Origin: Candidatus Acidiferrales bacterium
GTDB taxonomy: Bacteria; Acidobacteriota; Terriglobia; Acidiferrales; UBA7541
Assembly (NCBI GenBank): GCA_038236395.1
Contig: JBBRZT010000001.1
Location: 1-47,463 of the forward strand
DNA: 47,463 bases
Direction: 5' to 3'
The position numbers and the translations under genes are program-made. The notes below the pieces were generated by a model. The model made no database searches. It saw only the letters and a list, made by a program, of their open reading frames with translations, and was not told the origin of the DNA. Positions 30,611 to 39,922 of this stretch are shown here, one piece after another (within the stretch, counting starts at the first letter, position 1; each line of letters starts with the position of its first letter).

Positions 30611-32485
30611 TTAGTGGGACTGGTCTTTTTGGGCCGGCGAGTCCTTGGCGGGCGAGTCCTTGGGCAGTTTCTCGCTGTGAGCCGCGGGCAATTCGTCGCG
30701 CAATTCGATGGACATCCAGTCTCCGGCATATTCGTTGCCAACCGGCGGCCGGTACCGGACGACTGCATGCATGCCTTCCATGCGCTGGCAGAAATTAAAA
30801 TGATCCGTCCCGTACCAGAGCGTGTCGGAGTAGCCGATGAGCTGCCGGCCCTTGCTGTGAAATTCTAATCGCTCATCGCCGCGCTGCAGGGTGACGATTC
30901 TCATTTTTTCCTCGCATTTTACGGAGACCAATGTTCCTTCCGCCGTCTGCGATTGTTCTCCTACTTCTTCCGTCAGGGTGGTGTCCGCAGGGCGATCGGC
31001 GGGCGGAACCTCGTTCCACAAAGCCACCGCTTCGTTGTGGTCGGGGCCAGTCCATCGTTCGGCAACAAATTTGGCGAGTTCGGCCGCTTCTTTTCCTTTA
31101 TTCAAGCGCAGCAAAATTTCTCCGCACAGTAAATGGTAGCCCGCGCGAGAAGGTTCCAATTGCTCGGCTTTGCGGGCCATCGACAACGCTCTTATGTCGT
31201 GGCCCTGGTAGAGCTCGAGCATGGCCAGTTGCACAAATGCGGGAGCGAATTGCGGATTAATTTTCACCGTTTCCATCAACCCGGCCTGCAAATCGTTGCG
31301 ATGCGCCGGCGTATCCTTTTTCGCCACAATCATGGTTTTGAAATATTGTGAAAGATAACGCTGTTTGTCCAAGTCATAGGCGCGGAAAAATTCCTGCAAT
31401 GCATCTTCGTCCTTGCCTCGGTGGAAGAAGATAAAACCCTTCTCTTCGTGGGCCAGGGCGAGGTTCGGATCGGCCTTGAGAACGTCTTCCACCAGGCCAG
31501 TGGCTTCCGCGGCATCGTGTTCCCACAAACGATAGCCGGCAATCTCCGCGTCCGATTCCGCTTTGCTCAACTTCCGGACGGAAAAATCTTTTTCTTCAAT
31601 CCCGCCGGGACTATCCATCATCCAACTGGAAAAGGCAAAAGCCTGAATGTAAGTCTGCAAGCGATTTTCCACTTCCTTCAAGCCCCCAAAAGATTCCTGA
31701 AAGGCTTTGAGCTGCTTCTCTCCTCTCTGCAACTGGTTATAAAACTGCGCCAACTTGTTGCCCTGTTCCATCCCGGGCGAGAACATCAGGAAATGCACCA
31801 GGGCCCAGGACTCCGCGTAAAATTCATCGATCTGATCCTGCTTGCCGCGAAAATATGAGTACGGACTGACCGTCAACAGCGTCTCCAACGGAATCAGGGT
31901 GCGACCCTTCAGGAAGTTGACGCGCCTGCTGGGCGCGCCGACGTAAGACTTTTTGGATTCGAACCTGGTGTTGCCATAAAACTCCGCCAGCCCTTCGTCC
32001 AGCCAGGTAGGCAGCCACCGGAAATTTGTGTGCAGCAGGCTGTGCACGTATTCGTGGTAGACCACCTGATATGCGCCGGGAATGTCCTGGTCGAGGCGCA
32101 CAATCGCGAATTGCTTCTCCCATCCGTGCTGGAACAGGCCCGCTGGCTTGGGGCCTTTGTCGTGCCAGATCGCCGGGGCCAGCGATATCATGCTGCGCTC
32201 GTCCTGCATGGCGAAAATAAGGAGTGGCGCCCCGGTCGACAGCCGCATTTTGGGAAATGCAACGGCAAAGACTCCGCGCATCTCTTCGAACTCGCGCGCG
32301 ATTCGTCGGGCTTGACGATCACTCCCGTCGGTTAGCACCCGGAAGTTCGGGCTGCGGACTTCCGTCAACGGTTTTTGATCAGCGAAAGATGGCGCGGAGG
32401 ACAAAAGCGCCAGTATGGCTAAAAGCGCCGCGGATTTGCCGGGATGGGTAGACGGGGAGTTCATGCGGCGGCGATTCAACGGCAA
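30611..32485 (-). CDS. Secreted gluzincin-like (DUF1570-like) metallopeptidase domain + TPR protein
   Basis: Signal peptide; VRSPNFRVLTD, HEYVH...WLDEGLAEF zinc-binding motif, FYAESWALVHFL; TPR-like helices. The start may be 32464. Confidence 0.8.
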   Translation of the reverse strand: MPLNRRRMNSPSTHPGKSAALLAILALLSSAPSFADQKPLTEVRSPNFRVLTDGSDRQARRIAREFEEMRGVFAVAFPKMRLSTGAPLLIFAMQDERSMISLAPAIWHDKGPKPAGLFQHGWEKQFAIVRLDQDIPGAYQVVYHEYVHSLLHTNFRWLPTWLDEGLAEFYGNTRFESKKSYVGAPSRRVNFLKGRTLIPLETLLTVSPYSYFRGKQDQIDEFYAESWALVHFLMFSPGMEQGNKLAQFYNQLQRGEKQLKAFQESFGGLKEVENRLQTYIQAFAFSSWMMDSPGGIEEKDFSVRKLSKAESDAEIAGYRLWEHDAAEATGLVEDVLKADPNLALAHEEKGFIFFHRGKDEDALQEFFRAYDLDKQRYLSQYFKTMIVAKKDTPAHRNDLQAGLMETVKINPQFAPAFVQLAMLELYQGHDIRALSMARKAEQLEPSRAGYHLLCGEILLRLNKGKEAAELAKFVAERWTGPDHNEAVALWNEVPPADRPADTTLTEEVGEQSQTAEGTLVSVKCEEKMRIVTLQRGDERLEFHSKGRQLIGYSDTLWYGTDHFNFCQRMEGMHAVVRYRPPVGNEYAGDWMSIELRDELPAAHSEKLPKDSPAKDSPAQKDQSH

Positions 32486-33753
32486 GTGAATTCGCGCAGC
32501 GCGGTCAGGAGGCGTTCTACTTCGTCCGCGGTGTTGTAGTGGACCAGGCCGATGCGCAGGAGGCCGCCGCTGGCTTGCACGCCCAGGCGCTCGGTCAGAT
32601 TCAGCGCATAGAAATTTCCGTCCCAGGTGAAAATGCCGCGGTCGCCGAGAAATTTGGCCACCTCGGTGGGCGTGTGGCCGTCCAGGCGCACTGAGACTGT
32701 GGAACAGCGGTGGTTGAAGCGCTTGAAATCCTTAATGCCAAAGACACGCAGGCCCGGAATGGCCAGCAATCCTTCCATCAGCTCTGCAAATAGCGCCATT
32801 TCATGTTCGCGAGTCACGCGGTACGCGGCCAACAGCGCGCTACGGCGGTCCTGGACCGCTGGATCGTGGCGGCGTCCCAGTTCTGCCAGGTAATCGACGG
32901 CCGCCGCGATTCCGGCAATCAGCTCCTGTACCTGCGTGCCGGTTTCCCAGCGATCCGGCAAGGCGTCCGGCGCGGGGCGCACCTTGTAGGGCGAGAATCG
33001 CATCAGGTGTTCGCGCTTGCCGTAGAGCGTGCCCATGTGCGGGCCAAAAAATTTGTAGGGAGAGCAGGCCAGAAAATCGCAATCGAGCGCTTTCACGTCA
33101 ATCGCGCCATGCGGCGCGTAATGCACCGCGTCGATGAACACCAGCGCGCCCACGGCGTGCGCGAGTTTGGTGATTTCCGCGACTGGATTGATGGCGCCGA
33201 CGGCGTTGGACGCGTAGCCCACCGCGACCAGCTTTGTCTTGCTCGTAATTTTGCGCTTCAAATCCTCCAAGTCCAGGGTGCAATCCGATTCACTTATGTC
33301 CACTTGGCGAATGACCACGCCTTTTTCTTCGAGGGCGCGCCAGGGAGCCACGTTGGCGTCGTGGTCCAGCGTAGTCACCACAATTTCGTCACCGGGTTTC
33401 AATTCGCGCCCGATGGCTCGCGAGAGCGCGAAGGTAATGGTGGTCATGTTCTGGCCAAAACTGACCTCGTCTGGCGCGCAGTTGAAAAAATCGGCCATGG
33501 CCTGGCGCGCTCCGGCGAGCATGGTGTCGTTCTGGCGGCTGGTGGAAAACGCACCGCAGGTGTTGGCGTTGTCGTGCAGCAAATAATTGCTGATGGCGTC
33601 GACCACCTGGCGCGGCACTTGTGTGCCAGCCGGGCCATCGAGAAATGCGGCGGTCTGTCCGTTCACCAGGGTTTGCAAAGACGGGAACTGCTGGCGCACC
33701 CAGGCGCTGTCCAGCGATTTCGGACCTGTGGCGTGCGCAACGGTTGAGCTCAT
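32476..33753 (-). CDS. Cysteine desulfurase-like class V aminotransferase (VC1184-type subfamily)
   Basis: LDGPAGTQVP, LDHDANVAPW, DAVHYAPH, CSPYKFFGPH (PLP Lys), ETGT, WDGNFYA. Confidence 0.9.
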   Translation of the reverse strand: MSSTVAHATGPKSLDSAWVRQQFPSLQTLVNGQTAAFLDGPAGTQVPRQVVDAISNYLLHDNANTCGAFSTSRQNDTMLAGARQAMADFFNCAPDEVSFGQNMTTITFALSRAIGRELKPGDEIVVTTLDHDANVAPWRALEEKGVVIRQVDISESDCTLDLEDLKRKITSKTKLVAVGYASNAVGAINPVAEITKLAHAVGALVFIDAVHYAPHGAIDVKALDCDFLACSPYKFFGPHMGTLYGKREHLMRFSPYKVRPAPDALPDRWETGTQVQELIAGIAAAVDYLAELGRRHDPAVQDRRSALLAAYRVTREHEMALFAELMEGLLAIPGLRVFGIKDFKRFNHRCSTVSVRLDGHTPTEVAKFLGDRGIFTWDGNFYALNLTERLGVQASGGLLRIGLVHYNTADEVERLLTALREFTCR

Positions 33754-33915
33754 GGTGTTCTCCGGTTGGCTAGTTTCTCACAAGGCGCGGCAACTCCATA
33801 TTGGCTGTTGCCTGGCGCTCTGGGCAACGTGTTAGCATCGAAAAGATCGTTCCTCACTCATGCCGATTTGGCGCCGGCTATCAACTCCGCGCCACGCTTC
33901 TCACTGGGGTGTATT

Positions 33916-34584
33916 TTGCCGGAAACTTTCCCGCCCACGGAGCGCACGCGCGTAGTGCGCGAACCGCACCGCGGGTCGTTCGACCGCGAAACCATTTACA
34001 AAATTCTCGATGAAGGATTCGTTTGCCATGTGGGTTTCAGCATGGACGGCCAGCCTTACGTAATCCCGACGATGTTCGCGCGTGTGGGCGATGCGATTTA
34101 TTTTCACGGGTCAGCGGCGAGCCGGATGTTGCGCGGAGTGAGCTCCGGGCTGGCGGTGTGCGTCACGGTGACGCTAGTCGACGGGCTGGTGCTGGCGCGC
34201 TCGGTTTTCAATCACTCGATGAACTATCGATCGGTGGTGGCGCTGGGTAACGCCACATTGGTCGATGCGCCTCAAGAAAAACTTGGCGCGTTGCGGGCCT
34301 TCACGGAAAAAATCCTGCCCGGGCGCTGGAATGACGCGCGCCAGCCCAGCGAAAAAGAATTGAAAGCCACCAGCATCCTGCGGCTGCCGCTCAGCGAAGT
34401 TTCCGCCAAGATGCGCACTGGACCCGTGGAAGATGACGCGGAAGATTATGCTTTGCCCGTCTGGGCCGGCGTATTGCCGTTGCGCCTCGCCGCCGGCGAA
34501 CCTGTTCGCGATGCGCGCTGCGAGCCAGCACTTGCAGTGCCTGGGTCCGTCAGCGCTTTCGATCGGCGCCTGTCCGGTAAGTAA
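33916..34584 (+). CDS. Pyridoxamine 5'-phosphate oxidase-like FMN-binding protein
   Basis: Start estimated at TTG 33916; YFHGSAASRM, DGLVLARSVFNHSMNYRSVV, WAGVLP. Confidence 0.88.
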   Translation: MPETFPPTERTRVVREPHRGSFDRETIYKILDEGFVCHVGFSMDGQPYVIPTMFARVGDAIYFHGSAASRMLRGVSSGLAVCVTVTLVDGLVLARSVFNHSMNYRSVVALGNATLVDAPQEKLGALRAFTEKILPGRWNDARQPSEKELKATSILRLPLSEVSAKMRTGPVEDDAEDYALPVWAGVLPLRLAAGEPVRDARCEPALAVPGSVSAFDRRLSGK

Positions 34585-34612
34585 CGGCCGGCGAGTGAAC
34601 CGCCCGTTTCTA

Positions 34613-36910
34613 TTAGTGCGCTGCTGCGTCTAACTTAGCTGCGGCCGCAGAAATCAACGCCGCCTCATCCTGCAGCACCTTTGCCACCACCGCGATTCCG
34701 TCTTCGGCTTGCCTCCATTGTTTCTGTTCGATGGCTTCGCGCACGGCGGGCATGGTTTTCGCCGAGTAGCCCGTGTAGAAGCCCGGCGCATAAATCTGGT
34801 GCTTGAACCACGGGCGGTTGGGCAAGCCTTCGGCGTTGGTAAGTTTCCGCTCGCTTTCCATGAGTAGTTTGTTCACATCAGCCAGCGAGGACGCGGTCAG
34901 CGCGCTGCCTCCATTGGCGTTCATTTTTTCGAAGGCCTTGCGATACTCCGCTGCACTGTGCGTCAAAGCCGCATCGGCATTATCGAGAGGCGCGAAATTC
35001 AAAAAGGGTGGAACGGTTTCCACCGGCGGCGCCACCAGCGGTTTTTTGGGATCGTTGGTGGCCTGAAACAGGCCTTCTTCGATCTCGTGGTTCCGCTCTT
35101 CGATATCTGCCTGCTTCTTCTGCGCCATGTTTTTCAGTTCCTTCAGGTAGGTGTCCATGGTGTCGGCGAAATTTCCAAACTCGAACGGCAGCAGTTCCGC
35201 GTCGGCCAGGCGCATGACCGCGGTTCCGCCGGTTTGCGCCAGCGCGCGTCCGTATTGAAAGTCGGTATCGCTGAAGTGCGTATACCAGTAAAAATCGTCG
35301 TAAATGGAATGATAGATGCCACCGCCGTCTTCGCCGCTGAATTCGATATTCAAGCTAGCCACGCCGTCGTGTTGCAGAAACGCGGTGTAGTCGGATCCCG
35401 AACCCAATGCGCCGATGCGCTGGTCGGCGCGCTGGCGAATTTTCTCGCGCTCTTCCGCCGATTTAGCTTCCGCAATCTCATGGAGGTGATTGCGCTTCCA
35501 CACGGAAAGTTTCGTTTCCGGGTCGGCAATCTCGCGGGCGATGTCGTTGCTGAATTTTTCCAGGGTGTGCGAGCCTTCGATTCCTAGAAAGCCGCGCCCG
35601 TTCGAATCGGAATTGATATAGGCCACGGCATGCTGCCGCAATTCGTCGTAGTGCGCTTCCGCGAACTCCGTTGAACCAAGCAGCCCGGGCTCCTCGCCGT
35701 CCCATGCGCAATAAATAATGGTGCGCATGGGTTTCCAGCCCGCCTTCAGCAATTCGCCGAGACTGCGGGCCTCCTCCAACTCCGCGACCATTCCGGAAAT
35801 CGGATCCTCCGCACCATTCACCCACGCGTCGTGATGATTGCCGCGCAACACCCACTCGTCGGGGAACGTTGCGCCGGGAATTTTCGCTATCACGTCGTAA
35901 ATGGTCTTGAGCTTCCAATCGGATTTCACCTTTAGATGCACTTTCGCGGCGCCCGGCCCCACGTGATAGGTGATTCCCAGGCCGCCGCGCCAATTTTCCG
36001 GCGCGATGCGGCCGGTCAGCGCCGCCAGCAACGGTTGCGCGTCGGCATACGAAATGGGCAGCACCGGAATTTTGGTGATCGTCGGCGCATCTTCCACCTT
36101 CAAACGCCTGGCGTCTTTGGTCGCTCCGACTCCCGGAGTGAGTGGATCGCCGGGATAAAACGGCATGTCGGCCACGCTGCCGCGCTGGGCGCCATCCTTG
36201 GGGCGCCAGGCGCCCGCGGGAAACGTATCGCCTTGCACAAAGCCGTCTTCGTGGGGATCGGAATAAATCAGGCAGCCCACCGCGCCGTGTTCCGCAGCGA
36301 CTTTGGGCTTGATGCCGCGCCAGGAATGAAAATAGCGGGCGATCACGATCTTGCCCTTCACGGAAATACCCATGCGGTCCAGTTGTTCGTAATCCTCAGG
36401 AATGCCGTAGTTCACGTACACCAGCGGCGCGGTTACATCTCCGTCTTTCGAATAAGCGTTATAGATTGGCAATTGCTCGGACTGCTGGTTCGACGTGGGG
36501 TCCTGGGAAAGTGCCGGTTCCTGCAGCTTGGCGGAAAATTTCGGACCGCCTTCGACCAGTTCTACGGCGCGCTCGATTGGCGTGGGAAAAAGGACGTCGA
36601 ATTGTTCGATGTGCGTATCGAAACCGAAGTCCTTGAATTTAGCGGCAAGCCATTCGGCGTTTTCCTTGTCGTAAGGCGAACCGACGTGGTGCGGACGCGC
36701 GGAAAGATGCTGCATGGCCGCGCGCAGATTATCGGGGCTGGGAATTTCGCGAAACTTTTCCTCCCACTGGCGTTCGCTGCGGGAAGTTTCCGCGGAATAG
36801 CCCGCCAATGCCAGGTCTTCCGCTGAAACATGCGAAACCAATTGCGTGCCTGCAAATGCAAACGAAAATTCGCACACGCAAATCGATGCCAACAAAACTC
36901 CGCGATTCAT
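34613..36910 (-). CDS. Glutamate carboxypeptidase II-like M28 peptidase (PA and transferrin-receptor dimerisation domains)
   Basis: PHHVGS, LVYVNYG, GDPLTPG, GNHHDAW, WDGEEPGLLGS, GSGSDY, YHSIYD, RPWFKHQIYAPG. Confidence 0.93.
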   Translation of the reverse strand: MNRGVLLASICVCEFSFAFAGTQLVSHVSAEDLALAGYSAETSRSERQWEEKFREIPSPDNLRAAMQHLSARPHHVGSPYDKENAEWLAAKFKDFGFDTHIEQFDVLFPTPIERAVELVEGGPKFSAKLQEPALSQDPTSNQQSEQLPIYNAYSKDGDVTAPLVYVNYGIPEDYEQLDRMGISVKGKIVIARYFHSWRGIKPKVAAEHGAVGCLIYSDPHEDGFVQGDTFPAGAWRPKDGAQRGSVADMPFYPGDPLTPGVGATKDARRLKVEDAPTITKIPVLPISYADAQPLLAALTGRIAPENWRGGLGITYHVGPGAAKVHLKVKSDWKLKTIYDVIAKIPGATFPDEWVLRGNHHDAWVNGAEDPISGMVAELEEARSLGELLKAGWKPMRTIIYCAWDGEEPGLLGSTEFAEAHYDELRQHAVAYINSDSNGRGFLGIEGSHTLEKFSNDIAREIADPETKLSVWKRNHLHEIAEAKSAEEREKIRQRADQRIGALGSGSDYTAFLQHDGVASLNIEFSGEDGGGIYHSIYDDFYWYTHFSDTDFQYGRALAQTGGTAVMRLADAELLPFEFGNFADTMDTYLKELKNMAQKKQADIEERNHEIEEGLFQATNDPKKPLVAPPVETVPPFLNFAPLDNADAALTHSAAEYRKAFEKMNANGGSALTASSLADVNKLLMESERKLTNAEGLPNRPWFKHQIYAPGFYTGYSAKTMPAVREAIEQKQWRQAEDGIAVVAKVLQDEAALISAAAAKLDAAAH

Positions 36911-37020
36911 AAGCTCTCCCGAATGGCGCAGTCATTCTGCCTCAATCGTCTCGACTTGGGAATGCGCATGCTGGCGAGCAGGCTGGCACTGACGAAACAC
37001 GCGGCCATTTCGTTTTTGTT

Positions 37021-37731
37021 TTACGTGGTGATGTGCGGCCGCAGCAGCACGAAGAAGAAGTGGGTTATCTCGCGGGCCGCTTGGAAGAGAGTGACGATCT
37101 GCAGGGTCATGATAAATAAACACGCATAAAAACTTCCGGGAGAATATTTCAGCCAGGGCATGGCAAGGCGGCCTATCCACTCACGCACCACTGTCACACG
37201 CGCGAACGAGGCCAGCGCAATTCCGATGGAAGCCCCGACCAGGATGTCCGACGGGTAATGCAGGCCTAAATAAAGCCGTGCCATGCAGATGAACAAAAAG
37301 ACGTGACAGAACGCCACGATTCCGGCGGCTCGCCAAGCAAAGAAAATAGAGGTTGCCAGCGCAAAAAATACGGCCGCGTGGTCGCTGGGAAAAGAGCTCC
37401 AGTGAATCAGGTCTTCATCGCTGTGGCCGTACGGAGACTGAAAATGAAGCGCCGCAACCCCGTTGGGGCGCTCCCGAAAAGGAAGCAAGTCGGCCAGCGC
37501 GCGCGCCAGCACCACGGACAGCAGGCAGGCGACGATTCCACAGAGCAAGTATTTGCGGCTCTCCAGTTGATTGACGCTGGGCCGAAACCACGCCCACCAG
37601 ATCAAGGCCACTACAACGCCGCCTTTCAGGAGGTGATTGTCGCTGATCATGAATACGAAGGTGTCAAAAACCCGGGAATGATGGGCGAAGCGATTCACAA
37701 AAGAGACGATCGAAGTGTCAAATGGGTTCAT
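37021..37731 (-). CDS. PAP2 family phosphatase (undecaprenyl-diphosphatase-like)
   Basis: RERP, SFPSDHA and ARLYLGLHYPSD motifs; multiple TM helices; start refined to ATG 37731. Confidence 0.9.
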   Translation of the reverse strand: MNPFDTSIVSFVNRFAHHSRVFDTFVFMISDNHLLKGGVVVALIWWAWFRPSVNQLESRKYLLCGIVACLLSVVLARALADLLPFRERPNGVAALHFQSPYGHSDEDLIHWSSFPSDHAAVFFALATSIFFAWRAAGIVAFCHVFLFICMARLYLGLHYPSDILVGASIGIALASFARVTVVREWIGRLAMPWLKYSPGSFYACLFIMTLQIVTLFQAAREITHFFFVLLRPHITT

Positions 37732-38032
37732 CTGCGGGGCCGGCGACAGCAACGGGAAATGCGTCCCGTTACCATTGCAGCGAAGAATAGCAGCCCTCGA
37801 AATCATCTCTGCGCAAGATCGCGTTCACAATGCCCTATGACTAACCGAGCGGTCCAACATCCGCGCACGGAGTACCGAACGGACACATCCGGCCTTTTGC
37901 TATTGCCAGCCATGTTTCCCGGGCATAGTCTGGTTGTACTTCGAGCACTTCAATCACAACGCCTTTTTGTGCACCGTCCCACTAAGAGAAATTGTTATTA
38001 CGAGTGTTCCTATCCGAGGAGAGAAAACGAAC

Positions 38033-38455
38033 ATGAAAAAATTCATCTTTGCCACACTGCTGGCCGCTATGTTTCTGGCCATCGCGCCGGCAAGTAACGC
38101 TCAAGTATCCTTAGGAATCAGGATTGGAGAGCCGCCGCGCCCCAGGGTAGTTCGCGTACGGCCTGTGTCTCCGGGATATGATTACAACTGGGTAGACGGG
38201 TATTGGTATCCGGAAGGCGGCCGCTACAGGTGGCATGCAGGCTATTGGACCCGGCCTCCGTATGAAGGCGCAGCGTGGGTTGGCCCGCACTACGAGGGCG
38301 GTCAATATTACGTTGGCTATTGGAACGGAGGCCGTGGCCGCGTTAACCATGACCATCACTGGGATCGCCGACGCGAAAGACGCGAACGTGACCATGGTCG
38401 CTATCACGACAATGGCCATGACCACGACCACGACAACCACCACGACAACCACTAG
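38033..38455 (+). CDS. Secreted YXWGXW (WXXGXW) repeat protein with His/Asp-rich tail
   Basis: GAGGAG RBS then ATG 38033; signal peptide; WVDGYW, WHAGYW, WVGPHY, YYVGYW repeats. Confidence 0.88.
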   Translation: MKKFIFATLLAAMFLAIAPASNAQVSLGIRIGEPPRPRVVRVRPVSPGYDYNWVDGYWYPEGGRYRWHAGYWTRPPYEGAAWVGPHYEGGQYYVGYWNGGRGRVNHDHHWDRRRERRERDHGRYHDNGHDHDHDNHHDNH

Positions 38456-38460
38456 AATTT

Positions 38461-38522
38461 TGCGGCGGCTGCGTCCGGTTATTTTCGAATAATCGAACGC
38501 GGCCGTTGTATGTTTTTATTTT
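38461..38522 (+). terminator. Long hairpin (UUCG loop) plus U-tract terminator
   Basis: ~23-bp stem at 38461-38510 with TTCG loop, followed by TGTTTTTATTTT. Confidence 0.75.
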
Positions 38523-38717
38523 GCTTAAGGTGGTGAGAATTCCTGCAACAAAGAACTTGCGCTGAAATACAGTTTTTGCCCTATTGTTAGGCTCCCGCCG
38601 CCTCACCTACGCTAGAAATACGATCCAGCCCTTTGTTAACGAAGACGCTGTTTGCTGTGCGTCCCAACGAGAGAAATTTTCTCTACAGGTGTTCTGTCCA
38701 AGGAGAGGAGATCGAAC

Positions 38718-39107
38718 ATGAAAAAATTTCTATTGGCCGCGATGCTTGCCGGGATGTTTCTGGCGGGAGCGCCGGCTTACAGTGCTCAAGTAGCCGTGGG
38801 AATCAGAATTGGCCCGCCACCCCGTGCCCGCGTGGTGCGTGTCCGTCCTGTCGCGCCGGGCGCTGATTATTATTGGGTGGACGGGTACTGGTATCCCGTA
38901 GGCCATCGCTATCGGTGGCATGGTGGATATTGGACCCGGCCTCCGTATGCGGGCGCTGCCTGGGTCGGACCTCGTTATGAGGGCGGCCAATTTTACGGCG
39001 GTTACTGGAACGGTGACCGCGGGCGGTTCGAGCATGACCACCACTGGGATCGGGATCGCAATCGCGACCGCGATCGCTGGCGGGATCACGACCACGATCA
39101 TCGTTAA
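38718..39107 (+). CDS. Secreted YXWGXW repeat protein (paralogue of 38033-38455)
   Basis: AGGAGAGGAG RBS then ATG 38718; same repeat pattern; DR/DH-rich tail. Confidence 0.88.
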   Translation: MKKFLLAAMLAGMFLAGAPAYSAQVAVGIRIGPPPRARVVRVRPVAPGADYYWVDGYWYPVGHRYRWHGGYWTRPPYAGAAWVGPRYEGGQFYGGYWNGDRGRFEHDHHWDRDRNRDRDRWRDHDHDHR

Positions 39108-39123
39108 GAGCATCGCAGGAAAA

Positions 39124-39170
39124 CAGGAATGTACTAACGGCGCGGATCCAAGCGGTCCGCGCCATTCCTG
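39124..39170. terminator. Hairpin between convergent genes
   Basis: GGCGCGGATC/GGTCCGCGCC stem extended by CAGGAAT/ATTCCTG; weak U-tract. Confidence 0.45.
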
Positions 39171-39203
39171 ATTCGGTTTCGTCACTCTCAGCCGCAGGCA
39201 CTG

Positions 39204-39542
39204 CTATTTTTTGTGGGTGGTATTTAGAATGGCGTCTGGAATGATCAGGCGCTCGACTGGCTTCCCGCCGGCGATGTGAGAGTCGATGATTTCGTCGACG
39301 TCTTCCGGCTTCACACTTCCGTACCACACCGCTTCGGGATAGACCACCACTGTTGGTCCCAGTTCACATTGATCCAGGCAGCCGGACTTGTTGGCGCGGA
39401 CATTTTTAATTCCGCGTTGCGCCAGCTTGGTCTTGAACAGGCGTTGCAGCTCGCCCTGGCCGGTGGGATCGCAGCAGCCGCGCGGGTGGCCTTCTTCGCG
39501 CTGATTCATGCAAATGAAAATGTGCTTGTCGAATTTGGGCAC
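39204..39542 (-). CDS. Thioredoxin-like [2Fe-2S] ferredoxin
   Basis: HIFICMNQR...GCC...RANKSGCLDQCELGPTVVVYPEAVWY. Confidence 0.93.
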   Translation of the reverse strand: MPKFDKHIFICMNQREEGHPRGCCDPTGQGELQRLFKTKLAQRGIKNVRANKSGCLDQCELGPTVVVYPEAVWYGSVKPEDVDEIIDSHIAGGKPVERLIIPDAILNTTHKK

Positions 39543-39632
39543 GCTCTAGTTTAACTCATCGGCGGCAACCGACCGGGAGTCCAAGCGCGCGCGAAAATGC
39601 GTGGCTAATGTGTGGCTAAAAAGGGGCGTGCC

Positions 39633-39803
39633 TCAGGAGGGATCTTTCTGCCGCGTGCTTTGCACACCGGTCACAATTCCAAGTCCGAGCAGCACGATGG
39701 CGCCGACGGCGATCCAGTGTGCCGGCACATGCATCAAGCGGGCTCCGTAAATCAATCCGGCAATGAGGATTACGAAACCGAGCGCGTAGAGTCCAAATAA
39801 CAT
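39633..39803 (-). CDS. Small two-TM membrane protein (56 aa), absent from the ORF track
   Basis: GAAAGGAG RBS then ATG; MLFGLYALGFVILIAGLIYGARLMHVPAHWIAVGAIVLLGLGIVTGVQSTRQKDPS*. Confidence 0.85.
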   Translation of the reverse strand: MLFGLYALGFVILIAGLIYGARLMHVPAHWIAVGAIVLLGLGIVTGVQSTRQKDPS

Positions 39804-39922
39804 TGATGCTCCTTTCTGATTCAGGAGGGGACGAAGGTGCCGCTAGTATGTCGGAAAAATCGAGCTTGACCATACAGTGGTGCCTGTATGCATGTAGTGC
39901 GCCTTTTTTAATGGGAGGGAAT

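Noticed and set aside
38387-38452. GACCAC/GACAAC hexamer microsatellite
   Set aside because: Explained by His/Asp codons in the YXWGXW protein tail; the antisense poly-Val ORFs are shadows
39601-39619. GTGGCTAA tandem repeat resembling integrase arm sites
   Set aside because: Only 8 bp x2, with no nearby att, tRNA or integrase and no match to the TGGGCACA motif
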